Below, in pieces: positions 7,587 through 16,759 of a stretch of 27,313 nt of DNA. How positions within the stretch are numbered: the stretch's first letter is position 1; each line of letters starts with the position of its first letter. The notes under the pieces are model-generated. The model ran no database searches, had not been told where the DNA came from, and worked only from the letters and a program-made list of their open reading frames with translations. The DNA comes from a virus (Duplodnaviria > Caudoviricetes): the IMG/VR virus record IMGVR_UViG_3300030376_005399, positions 1-27,313 of that record; one strand, written 5' to 3'. Position numbers and translations under genes: made by a program.

Positions 7587-9788
7587 TTACAAACTTGCCG
7601 CAGCTTTTGCATCAGCTAATGCCATCTCTTGTTGAGCTTTTACATTGTTGCGCTCAATCTCTGCTTGTAGTGCAGCGTCTTTACGGGCCTCTTCTCTCTC
7701 CATAGCCGCTAATTTTATTTGCTCATCTGATGAGGGGCCAGCTGCCGCTTGTTGTTCAGCGGCCATAGCCTCTTCCTGTTGTTGCTGCATTTGCTGTGCA
7801 ACTTGATTGGCTACTTCATTGGCAAACCCAGAAAGTTCCTTTAATTGGTCGCTTAACATTTTAACTTCAGACTTGCGCCCTTCGTCAGCTGCCAGCTGGC
7901 CTATATGCTCTTCAATATGTGGCAGCAAAATTCTAAAGTAATCAACGGCAGCGGCAGCATTTCCACCTTGCTGTATCGCCTGAGCCACTTCACTGCCTTT
8001 AGATAAATGTGTTTGAGAGTGAATAACGTGATTTTGTGAATCAGTTATAATAACTGGATTTCCAGTTTGCATTACAGCGTTCTCAATGTTTGCTTCTGCA
8101 ATCTGATCTTTAGCGTAAACATCTTGCTCAGGTTGAACCATATAACGTCCAACTTGTTGCTGCCCAGCTAGAGCTGCGATGTAATCTCTGATTAAAGCGT
8201 CTCTACCTGACTCTGGTAGCTGCCCACTAATCTGCATTAAACCAGTGATTGTCTGGAGTCGTAAGAAAGCAGACCCTTGTCCGTAATTTCTGGACGCTTG
8301 AACATAATCTACATTGGTTAATGCTTCAGCTGGAACACCTCTGTCTAGAACTCTTTTCTGAAATTCAATTGCGTCTATGTCGGTAACACTTTTGCTGGAA
8401 GCCCTTCGGTATCTTTCTTCAAAAAATCTATCAAGCTGTTGGTAGTACCTAGCAATCTGGGTCTTACCTAGAACACTCGCTTGCTGAACAATAGCTTGAA
8501 CTTCAGTGGCTGTTTTTGGATTCCCTTGTGGCTTATCAAGTCGCTGTCTGTATTGTGAAAGATTAGACTGCATAACGTTTTCCAGCTCTCGATCCATAGC
8601 CATAGGAGCGTCTGCAATTCCGCTAAACTGTCTTTGAACAACCTTGTAACCACTTGGAAGTATTGAATACGGACCCATTTGGACAACGCTTACTTTTTGC
8701 GTTGCTTCTGGGGTTTCAGCTTGTAGCTGCATTGAGCTGGCAGTCGAGGCTACGTCAACCATATGACACTTTTGACGGTTCTTTAGCTCAATAACTGGGT
8801 ACATTTTCACGCCTAAACCTTTAACGCTGTGATGCTGCCCGTCGCCCTTGTCGTAATACATCGGGTGCAGCACTTCTTCCCAGTTGGAATATTTCCCGAC
8901 ATACTTATAAAGAAAGTTCTGTCCGTCGTTTTCAACAACTATATAGCAACTAATCCTCCCTAGTTGCTCATCGCCTTTCGGGTACTCTCTGACATAAACG
9001 TGAGCGCAATCAATTAAACTGCATTGTGCCGAGTAGTGTAGGTCGTTATTCCGAATACGTTGCTGATGCCACTCCCAATTGTTATGCCTCTGGTACTCTT
9101 CCGGCCCCGAATTGATGATCGAATTACGGGTCGCTTCCACGTCCCAACCCACTTTGGTTGCTGATTTCGCATCTCGAATGTAGCCATAAAGTTCGTGGGC
9201 TTGGTAACGTCTCCTAACCACTGCTACCTCCCAATCGCTAGGGTTGCTGCGAGTGTTTTCTGGGATTAAAAGATCACCAGCTTTAATTGCTCTAGCTCGC
9301 CAGCTGGTTGGACTCTCAAACGTAAGTGGTCCTATACCAAACAAAACCATCTCGTGCTGAGAAAGCTGCATCGTGTAATCAAACTCACGGTCTTTCTTTT
9401 GTAGCCTGTCAAACTCTTCAGTGATTATTCTGGAATAACTTACTCTTTCAGACTCGTTGCCAGTGTTTGTTTTGACAGTAGCGTAGGTAGGTGTTTCCGA
9501 GAAAATATCGTAGAAAGCTGTTAGTGCTATTGAAAAGAATGCCTCTGCTTCCCTAAAATTTACATTTGTCCTATAGGATTGCCCCGTTTTCCTTAACTGT
9601 GCAGAGCTGTAAGGAGGGTTCCCATCAACAATCCCTTTTACTTTGGCTCTTACTCTGCTGCGCTCTTCGTCAGCTCGAACCAGCATCTTAACCAAGTCAA
9701 CCACAGCTTCCGGCGAGGAAAGCCTAGCTTCCGGTGGAGTTCCGGCATCGTCTATATTTTCTAAAGGCAGCGAGTTGCTGTTTGTCAT
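7587..9788 (-). CDS. Portal protein (head-tail connector)
   Basis: About 733 aa, two genes after terL, with a portal-like KTATEVQ motif and a Q/A-rich coiled-coil C-terminal barrel as in P22-type portals. I prefer the ATG at 9788 (ATGA overlap with the upstream stop) to the track's TTG at 9803. Confidence 0.8.
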   Translation of the reverse strand: MTNSNSLPLENIDDAGTPPEARLSSPEAVVDLVKMLVRADEERSRVRAKVKGIVDGNPPYSSAQLRKTGQSYRTNVNFREAEAFFSIALTAFYDIFSETPTYATVKTNTGNESERVSYSRIITEEFDRLQKKDREFDYTMQLSQHEMVLFGIGPLTFESPTSWRARAIKAGDLLIPENTRSNPSDWEVAVVRRRYQAHELYGYIRDAKSATKVGWDVEATRNSIINSGPEEYQRHNNWEWHQQRIRNNDLHYSAQCSLIDCAHVYVREYPKGDEQLGRISCYIVVENDGQNFLYKYVGKYSNWEEVLHPMYYDKGDGQHHSVKGLGVKMYPVIELKNRQKCHMVDVASTASSMQLQAETPEATQKVSVVQMGPYSILPSGYKVVQRQFSGIADAPMAMDRELENVMQSNLSQYRQRLDKPQGNPKTATEVQAIVQQASVLGKTQIARYYQQLDRFFEERYRRASSKSVTDIDAIEFQKRVLDRGVPAEALTNVDYVQASRNYGQGSAFLRLQTITGLMQISGQLPESGRDALIRDYIAALAGQQQVGRYMVQPEQDVYAKDQIAEANIENAVMQTGNPVIITDSQNHVIHSQTHLSKGSEVAQAIQQGGNAAAAVDYFRILLPHIEEHIGQLAADEGRKSEVKMLSDQLKELSGFANEVANQVAQQMQQQQEEAMAAEQQAAAGPSSDEQIKLAAMEREEARKDAALQAEIERNNVKAQQEMALADAKAAASL

Positions 9789-10372
9789 ATTTTTTTCCAA
9801 CAATTAGAAGGCAACAAGTTGTTCTCTTCCTTTGTGATCGTTTTCTGTAGCGCACTCAAAGGCATCCAAATCTGGGCTGCATTAAAGCAACCGCAATGCT
9901 TGCACGATTTTAATTGGCTGTCATACGGAGTTTGCCGATTGCCCACGATAAAGCTGATAGCCTTAGTGATAATACTTCGAGTGCAGCCCGTGCATCCTTG
10001 AGGCGTGACATTATCTTGGCAGTCTCTGCAAATCATCGCTCGACGATCCGCCTCACTTTGATCTGCTCTCTTTAATCCAGCTGAAAACAGTGTTCTGGTT
10101 AATCTTACAGCTGAATCTAATGTTAAAGGCTTGTCTGTCGGTGGTTTGGGGGTGATCTCCTCACATAGCTCAGGCCGATTTCTGCAAACATAATCCTCAA
10201 TTTCATCCTCAATGTTAAAAGGAATAGGAAGATTGTTGGCTTTTCTATGTTGAACCACCTGTGAAAATAGCTGGTTAATGTTGGTTGCTCTTAAAGTCTG
10301 ATCTGTTTCCTTTTGGTAATAAGTGTAACCACCACCAGAAGGGACCACACTTGTTTGTATTAACTTTTTCAT
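9785..10372 (-). CDS. Cys-rich putative Zn-binding protein between terminase and portal
   Basis: 195 aa with CRDC, CTGC, CKHCGC and a terminal CW. It overlaps both neighbours (TAATG and ATGA). Confidence 0.7.
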   Translation of the reverse strand: MKKLIQTSVVPSGGGYTYYQKETDQTLRATNINQLFSQVVQHRKANNLPIPFNIEDEIEDYVCRNRPELCEEITPKPPTDKPLTLDSAVRLTRTLFSAGLKRADQSEADRRAMICRDCQDNVTPQGCTGCTRSIITKAISFIVGNRQTPYDSQLKSCKHCGCFNAAQIWMPLSALQKTITKEENNLLPSNCWKKI

Positions 10373-12042
10373 TATGAAAACGTGTCGTGATAAACCGTGT
10401 CATATTCCCTAACCATCTTGTCCCAGCTGGTCAAACCGCTTGGTGAGGTTTGAGCTGTTGCATATCCCCCAAGCCTTCTTGCCATCTCAACCACAAGTGT
10501 GACTGCATCAGCAAAGTCAGGTGACTTTCCTGTCCTAGCTTTCATTTCAACTTTGCGTTCAATAATTGTCATTCTTTTCTCGTCATCAAACATACGAGAA
10601 CAGAACTCAATTACAGCATCGTGCTGCATTCCTCTTAGCTGCTCGTTGATTACCCACTGCCGAACACTGAACCACAGCTCAGTTACTTTATTAGCATATA
10701 CATCACTGCTTTTGCGGTGATCTTCAGGTGATACGGGTCGATCACTAGCTCTGCCTCCAAACTCCACACGTTGAATTGCGGGGCTCCAAGTCTTAGCTAA
10801 AATATCACATAACCCTCCGCCTTCACCCGTGGCATCTACAGCTAGGTGTTGTGGTAATACTTTATTTTCCTCGCAAATTTGCCTAACTCTCTTTGCAATT
10901 TGAAAATGAACTGGCTCGGAGGATTGTGCGTTTATCTCTATAACTTCACTCCGCCCCAGCTGGATGCCCATTTTAGCGTTGTCAAAATCTCCGTACCTTC
11001 CCAGCTGGATAACACACCGATCTCCTCCATTAAAAGCAGGGTCTAATCCTGCGACCATATAGCTTTGTTTAACAAACACAGCTGGAAGCATTACTCTATA
11101 TTTTTCTACCAAACTCTCGCTCAATACCGTTTTGCAAACTCCCTCTGGAGCCCACATACCGCGAGTATATTTCCAAAACTTCGGGCTATCTTCCCCGTCA
11201 TATTTCTGCGCTTGCCTGACTTGATCTTCATTGATCAGAAAGTCGTATTTTGTTTTACCCGCAAGCATATTAGGAGACTTCATCCCGTCAAACCTCACAC
11301 AGATTCCACGCTCAGTATCCCACTCCTCGTCTTCAATACTCACAGATGACCAGCCTTTTTTGGGAGTGGCAAATCGTCCGTGCTGATCAAATTTGCTATG
11401 AGGGTTTCCGATTGCTAGGAACTTAAATTCTCTGGTTCCTTTCTGTAAGTTCGAGCAAGCCTCGAAAGCTGCTTCCGGTGTGTCTGTAGCTTCATCCACA
11501 ATAACCATTGTACGAGGTGAACGAATACCTTGTATGTTTGCGACTGCCTTTGAGGTGGCTCCATCTAGTACTGGTATAGCGAAAACAGCGTGTTTGTCGT
11601 CTCCTCTGATCGCTTGCAGTGTTGTCTTACTGTCTACCATATGAGCTGGAAAACCTCCTTTACAGCTGCGATGTAAGTCTTGGATCACGGGCCAAGCACG
11701 TTTGCGAATCATCTTAGCAGTAGTTGAAGTCAGAATTACAGATGTCTGTAAGGGGGCAGCTAGAAAATAAATCATCGTGTAAAGGCTAGCTGCGTAAGTT
11801 TTCCCGCTAGCCCCACAACCAGACCAACATATCCACTGGTTATCACAAAGTGACTCAATTTGTTTATCAAGCCAAGGGTTCCAAATAAGCTTAGGCCAAA
11901 GAAGGTTGGCAGCATTTTTGAAGTGTTTAAATGCGCCAAGCCCTCCCTTTTCTGGGGAGTGTTTAATGCGAAATGCGTACAACTCTAGCTCGATTTCGTT
12001 TAGTTGCACATCAAACGCCAAGCCGTACTTGTGTTTAATCAA
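10372..12042 (-). CDS. terL: Terminase large subunit
   Basis: Walker A GCGASGKT, Walker B VIVDEA, coupling motif IGNP, and RNase H-like nuclease motifs GLDPAFNGGD and SPDFADA. TTG start. Confidence 0.92.
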   Translation of the reverse strand: MIKHKYGLAFDVQLNEIELELYAFRIKHSPEKGGLGAFKHFKNAANLLWPKLIWNPWLDKQIESLCDNQWICWSGCGASGKTYAASLYTMIYFLAAPLQTSVILTSTTAKMIRKRAWPVIQDLHRSCKGGFPAHMVDSKTTLQAIRGDDKHAVFAIPVLDGATSKAVANIQGIRSPRTMVIVDEATDTPEAAFEACSNLQKGTREFKFLAIGNPHSKFDQHGRFATPKKGWSSVSIEDEEWDTERGICVRFDGMKSPNMLAGKTKYDFLINEDQVRQAQKYDGEDSPKFWKYTRGMWAPEGVCKTVLSESLVEKYRVMLPAVFVKQSYMVAGLDPAFNGGDRCVIQLGRYGDFDNAKMGIQLGRSEVIEINAQSSEPVHFQIAKRVRQICEENKVLPQHLAVDATGEGGGLCDILAKTWSPAIQRVEFGGRASDRPVSPEDHRKSSDVYANKVTELWFSVRQWVINEQLRGMQHDAVIEFCSRMFDDEKRMTIIERKVEMKARTGKSPDFADAVTLVVEMARRLGGYATAQTSPSGLTSWDKMVREYDTVYHDTFS

Positions 12043-12125
12043 ACCGTTTGACAGTTGAGCTTTAACCTATAGGTATAAAACCCTATGGGGTTTAATCCCT
12101 CACAATTTCAAATAACTGTCAAACG
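12043..12125. promoter_or_regulatory. Divergent control region flanked by a perfect 12-bp inverted repeat, with two internal palindromes
   Basis: CGTTTGACAGTT (12045-12056) and AACTGTCAAACG (12114-12125). Internal ACCTATAGGT (12065-12074) and AAACCC-TATG-GGGTTT (12078-12093). Confidence 0.75.
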
Positions 12126-13208
12126 ATGGCTGTAACTCTTAATAAAAATACTGACTGTTGCGAATCAACTTGCACTAATACAACAGTCAATGTAGCTGGG
12201 CCAACTGGTCCAGCTGGTGCAGCTGGCACAAACGGGACTAACGGGAGTGCGGGGATTAACGCTTATGCTCGCACATCGCAAAATTTTGTTGTTCTAGATG
12301 TAGGGGCTGTTGTTGCTCTTACAGTTAATAACGCTACGCCTTTTATGACCGGAATGATTATATTTATTCAAGATGCCGGTTACTACGAAGTTGTTTCAAC
12401 AACTACTAATACAATTAATGCAAAAAACCTTGGCTATGCTGGTAACGCAGCCAAAGACACAGCCATTGGAAACCCTCGCCTTATTGTTTCAGCTGGAATT
12501 AAAGGCGCAGATGGCGCAAACGGATCACTTGACGTGAGTGGCTTCACCAACGCTGGTGACATTATCACAAGAAATGCAAGCTCACAGACTGTTTTGTCGG
12601 TTGACTCATCTATAGACTCAACAAAAGCATTATTTCAAGACAACTCAGCTAATAAAATTATTTGGAAAAAAGTAGCGGCATCTGGTCTGGATGGAAATAT
12701 TAGTTTAACTTCTCAAGTTAGCGGAAGTCTGCCACTTGCAAACGTAGGAAACGGACTTACTTCAGCTGCTGCGGGTGATGTTCTTTATTGGACCGGAACA
12801 GCTTGGGCTAGGGTTGCAGCCCCAACTTCTGCTGACCAGCTACTTGGATACAACACAGGAACTAACGCGCCAAACTGGGTAAGCCCTAGTACATCAGGTC
12901 TTGTTTTTGCTAAAGGCACAGTTACGGCTAGTGGTTTAGGAACAATTGCTACAGACGGAATAACAGGCGCAGTAAACATAGGAAGCACATCAACAATTAC
13001 TGGTACAAATAATCGTTGGAGATTAAATTTTCAAACACCATCACAATCAACTGATTACACAGTTCTTCTTACAAACTCAAACCCAAATAAAGTTGACGAA
13101 GTTTTAAGGGTTCACGAAAAAGAAGAGGACTATTTTGAAATAGCTCCAAATAGAACTTTTTCAGGTGTTGGTGTAGGATTTATATTCGACTTTGTCGTTT
13201 ATCAGTAA
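12126..13208 (+). CDS. Tail fibre-like protein with a short collagen-like Gly-X-Y repeat
   Basis: GPTGPAGAAGTNGTNGSAG repeat, G/T/S/A-rich shaft, GDVLYWTGTAW motif, and a C-terminal beta domain (WRLNFQTP...DYTVLLT) like phage fibre tips. Confidence 0.7.
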   Translation: MAVTLNKNTDCCESTCTNTTVNVAGPTGPAGAAGTNGTNGSAGINAYARTSQNFVVLDVGAVVALTVNNATPFMTGMIIFIQDAGYYEVVSTTTNTINAKNLGYAGNAAKDTAIGNPRLIVSAGIKGADGANGSLDVSGFTNAGDIITRNASSQTVLSVDSSIDSTKALFQDNSANKIIWKKVAASGLDGNISLTSQVSGSLPLANVGNGLTSAAAGDVLYWTGTAWARVAAPTSADQLLGYNTGTNAPNWVSPSTSGLVFAKGTVTASGLGTIATDGITGAVNIGSTSTITGTNNRWRLNFQTPSQSTDYTVLLTNSNPNKVDEVLRVHEKEEDYFEIAPNRTFSGVGVGFIFDFVVYQ

Positions 13209-14959
13209 TGCCAGTAATAGACCAACAACGGATTAGCGATGGGTTTCTAACATTGGAGCGCGGAATTGACGCTGGTAAGTCACCTAACTTGCTACCTCGC
13301 AACCAAGCTTCATTCGCTGTGAACGCAACAATGCGAGGTGGGTATGTTAAGACACGTCCCGCATTTAATAATATTCCTTTAGTATTTACTGCGGAGGAAC
13401 AGGCTGACGCAGAAGCTATGCAGTCCAATTTTAAGACTGGAAAGTTTCAAGGGTCATATACTTACCAATACGGTAATAAAACTTTTCTTATCTGCGGTGT
13501 CGGAGGGTATATTTATCGTGTAGACCCAAAAAACGGAGAAGTGGTAGATATTACTCCCAAGAAAAACAACGCAGCTGACATTAACCCTCCAGATATTCCG
13601 TACTTTTTCTTTCAGCAAGCTGAGGAGTATCTTGTTATTCAAGACGGCACTAGCTTGCCAATCATATTTAACGGGGCTTCTTCTAGAAGATCCAACTTAA
13701 CAGTCAACGAAGTTCCAGTCGGTACAGCTATGTCCTATGGAAACGGTCGCTTGTGGGTAGCTAGAGGTAGAGAGTTTGTTGCTGGCGATATTGTTGGTGG
13801 CCCAACAAGTGTAATACAATTTACTGAAAACACTTACATAGCTGAAGGGGGCGCGTTTGCTGTTCCTCTTAATACTGGAGACATCACTGCCCTAAAATTT
13901 ATAAGCCAACCTGACAGCTCACTTGGGCAAGGCGAACTACTGGTCCACACAGTCAAAGCTGTGTTTGCTGTAAATGTTCCAACCAGTCGGGATGATTGGA
14001 AAAAGGTTAATTTCCCTACTGTTAGAATTGTTGCAATTAATTACGGATCAATTAGCGACAGAAGTTGCGCTTTGGTTAATGGGGATATGTTCTACCGAGC
14101 CCCAGACGGAATTCGTAGCTATATATCAAGCCGTAGAGAGTGGAAGGAATATGGTCAAGTTCCTGTGAGTAGGGAAATATCAAGAGTCCTTAACTCAGAA
14201 CGCCTGACAAGTGTAACCCAGCTAACCAGCTCTGTGCTGTTTGATAACAGGCTATTGACTACGGTCACTCCGAACACAAATAGCAACCAAGGAATATTCT
14301 TTAAAGGGCTTGCAGTTCTGGATTTTGATCTAGTAGGAGGCAATAGCCAGAAGAGTCCAGCTGCTTGGGAAGGCCTTTGGACTGGCTTGAATTTTCTGCA
14401 ACTATTAAACGCAGAAGTGGACCAAGAAGAGCGGTGCTTTTCTTTTGTTTTGGACGGGAACTGCCGAATACAGCTTTGGGAAATCACCAAAGACGGTAAG
14501 AAAGATAACAATAAAACCTCCATAGAGTGCTACGTCGAGACTTCTAGTTATTCTTTTGAAAATCCTTTTGAATTAAAGCGTCTTGAGTACGGTGAAATGT
14601 GGGTTGACCAATTGGAAGGTGAGGTTGATTTTAACATTAAATTTAAGCCGAACCAGTACCCCGCTTGGGTTGATTGGAGCGAGTTTACTGAATGCTCAAA
14701 AACAGAGAATTGCGATCCCCCAGCTGGTAGCTGTTTGACTTTCTTAAATTACAAACCGCAATACAGATCAAGAAGAAGACTTCCTCAACCAGCTGATGTT
14801 TGTGAATCTATAAACGGAGCCCCAATGCGTAACGGATATGAAATATCTGCAAGAATTGGATGGACTGGTCAGGCTAGGATCAAGGGATTTAGATTACACG
14901 CTTATCCAGTTATTGAAGAACCTTATGGAGACTGCGCCGAGTTTGGTGCTTGCTCTTAA
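13208..14959 (+). CDS. Tail nozzle / DNA stabilisation protein (P22 gp10 / T7 gp12-like)
   Basis: 583-aa beta-strand-rich protein with propeller-like motifs (YGNGRLWVA, GDITAL, NGDMFYRAPDGIRS, FDNRLL) in the tail operon. Confidence 0.65.
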   Translation: MPVIDQQRISDGFLTLERGIDAGKSPNLLPRNQASFAVNATMRGGYVKTRPAFNNIPLVFTAEEQADAEAMQSNFKTGKFQGSYTYQYGNKTFLICGVGGYIYRVDPKNGEVVDITPKKNNAADINPPDIPYFFFQQAEEYLVIQDGTSLPIIFNGASSRRSNLTVNEVPVGTAMSYGNGRLWVARGREFVAGDIVGGPTSVIQFTENTYIAEGGAFAVPLNTGDITALKFISQPDSSLGQGELLVHTVKAVFAVNVPTSRDDWKKVNFPTVRIVAINYGSISDRSCALVNGDMFYRAPDGIRSYISSRREWKEYGQVPVSREISRVLNSERLTSVTQLTSSVLFDNRLLTTVTPNTNSNQGIFFKGLAVLDFDLVGGNSQKSPAAWEGLWTGLNFLQLLNAEVDQEERCFSFVLDGNCRIQLWEITKDGKKDNNKTSIECYVETSSYSFENPFELKRLEYGEMWVDQLEGEVDFNIKFKPNQYPAWVDWSEFTECSKTENCDPPAGSCLTFLNYKPQYRSRRRLPQPADVCESINGAPMRNGYEISARIGWTGQARIKGFRLHAYPVIEEPYGDCAEFGACS

Positions 14960-14964
14960 AATTT

Positions 14965-15081
14965 ATGACATACAAAGAACTAATTATTAGCTGCACGACA
15001 ACCAACGCCAATAGCCCTTACAATTACGCTGTTGGTAACGTGTGCAATGGAACCATTAGTTACAATACCGCTACAAGTTAA
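14965..15081 (+). CDS. Small 38-aa ORF (MTYKELIISCTTTNANSPYNYAVGNVCNGTISYNTATS)
   Basis: Fills the gap between two operon genes with 5-nt spacers on both sides. It is below the ORF track cut-off. Confidence 0.6.
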   Translation: MTYKELIISCTTTNANSPYNYAVGNVCNGTISYNTATS

Positions 15082-15086
15082 AGCTT

Positions 15087-15764
15087 ATGCCTACAAATCA
15101 ATCAGTTACTTTAGTTAAAGGGACCGTTCCAGATGGAACGTGTTTTGATTCTGTGTCCGACCTTTACAGCACGTTTGTTGACCTAACCACAGCTTATGTC
15201 GATGGAGCTTATTCCTTGTTTAATTACGGAGCGACCGAGCCATCACCATCAGATCGAGACAAACCTTGGATTAAAACGGGAAGCTCGTCTGAACCAGAAA
15301 GAATGTATACTTTTTATAACGGTGCGTGGAGTAGTTTGCACCCTGTTCCATCTGACAGCAGTGAAAGAAGAATGTGGGTTGGCAGCATAACTGACTTGGC
15401 TACATATGACGGAGGAAGCTCAGCTGAAGGGGCAATGTGGGAAGTAGACACAGCATTGCAAGATAGATTTCCTGTTGGAGTCGGTGACACCGCAACTAGC
15501 GTTAAAGACACGGGAGGAGAAAAAGAAACAACTCTCGAAGAAAAAAACCTTCCCCCTCACACTCACGACCTTAGATATACTGAACGCGCTTATGGTCACG
15601 GATCACAGCATACTGGAGAAGGTTCGTTCATAGCTGGAGATCAGACAGTCAACGGAATGATTACAGCTGGCTCCGGTCAAAAATCTGAACCAGTCACAAA
15701 TTTACCCCCTTATTACGGTGTTTATTTTATTAAACGCACTAGCCGTAAGTATTACATAGCCTGA
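15087..15764 (+). CDS. Tail collar / baseplate gp10-C-terminal-like short fibre protein
   Basis: LQDRFPVGVG...TGGEKETTL...NLPPHTH...NLPPYYGVYFIKRT matches the tail-collar-associated signature. Confidence 0.75.
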   Translation: MPTNQSVTLVKGTVPDGTCFDSVSDLYSTFVDLTTAYVDGAYSLFNYGATEPSPSDRDKPWIKTGSSSEPERMYTFYNGAWSSLHPVPSDSSERRMWVGSITDLATYDGGSSAEGAMWEVDTALQDRFPVGVGDTATSVKDTGGEKETTLEEKNLPPHTHDLRYTERAYGHGSQHTGEGSFIAGDQTVNGMITAGSGQKSEPVTNLPPYYGVYFIKRTSRKYYIA

Positions 15765-16759
15765 TGAAAGTTACTCTAGGAGACGCTAAAAGCAGAATAG
15801 CAAAGCATTTAAATCTTTGTGCTACTGACTCTCGTACTACGGAGTACATCAACGAAGCTCAACGCAGACTAATTGAAAGCGGAAAGTGGAAGGGTACTTA
15901 CGGCAAATTTACAATTTGTGTTACAGACGGGTGCATCGCTTGGCCAAGGCAGATTGAAACAATTGAAACAGTAGCGTTAAACCAAAGTGTTGGAACTGTT
16001 AGAAACGACTGGTTTGAGTTTGTGGAAACTGGTTACGGGCTTTTAGATAATAAAGACAACATCGGATACCAGCTGGTCGATAGAGGAGAGTCAGCAACCC
16101 AGAAGGATATGTCTGGCGAAGGCAAAAACATTCGTGTCTATGCCTTTCTCGACGCTGACGCTGGGAAAACAATTAACATTCAAGGGTACGACGAGAACAA
16201 CGCTTGGATCAGAACCCCCAGCGGAGGAACTTATATTGACGGGCAAAATGTTACCCTAGTAAACGGGTATGTGGATACTACCAAGAAATTTAAAAGCATA
16301 ACTGGAGTACGAAAAGATGTTACTCAAGCCAATGTTCAGCTGTACGAAATTACAGACGCAAGCACGCCAACACTTGTTGATTTAGCAACATACGAACCAG
16401 ACGAAACATTGCCCAGCTATCGCCGATCAATTATCCCAAGCTTAGGTGGGGCAGCTGGATGTGAAAGTGGCACTGATAAAAAAGTTGCCGTTACAGTAAT
16501 TGCTAAGCTTAGATTTATAAATGCCGTCAACGATACAGACGTATTGATGGTTAGTGACCTCTACGCCATAAAAAATATGGCAACAGCTATTAAGCTGGAA
16601 GAGAACCGAGACTTTGGTGCAGCCTCAGAATACCGCAATCTGGCCTTTGATTCTCTTCAGAATCAACTAGCAAATCATATGGGTGATGGGGCTGTGCCTG
16701 TTTTACAAATGACAAACTTAAACACTCACGGTGGTGGAGGTATTGAAAGCTTAATATAA
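15764..16759 (+). CDS. Putative head-tail adaptor / tail tubular protein A-like
   Basis: N-terminal helical pattern (TLGDAKSRIA...YINEAQRRL) typical of adaptors, followed by a beta core and a C-terminal helix. Located in the tail operon. Confidence 0.55.
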   Translation: MKVTLGDAKSRIAKHLNLCATDSRTTEYINEAQRRLIESGKWKGTYGKFTICVTDGCIAWPRQIETIETVALNQSVGTVRNDWFEFVETGYGLLDNKDNIGYQLVDRGESATQKDMSGEGKNIRVYAFLDADAGKTINIQGYDENNAWIRTPSGGTYIDGQNVTLVNGYVDTTKKFKSITGVRKDVTQANVQLYEITDASTPTLVDLATYEPDETLPSYRRSIIPSLGGAAGCESGTDKKVAVTVIAKLRFINAVNDTDVLMVSDLYAIKNMATAIKLEENRDFGAASEYRNLAFDSLQNQLANHMGDGAVPVLQMTNLNTHGGGGIESLI

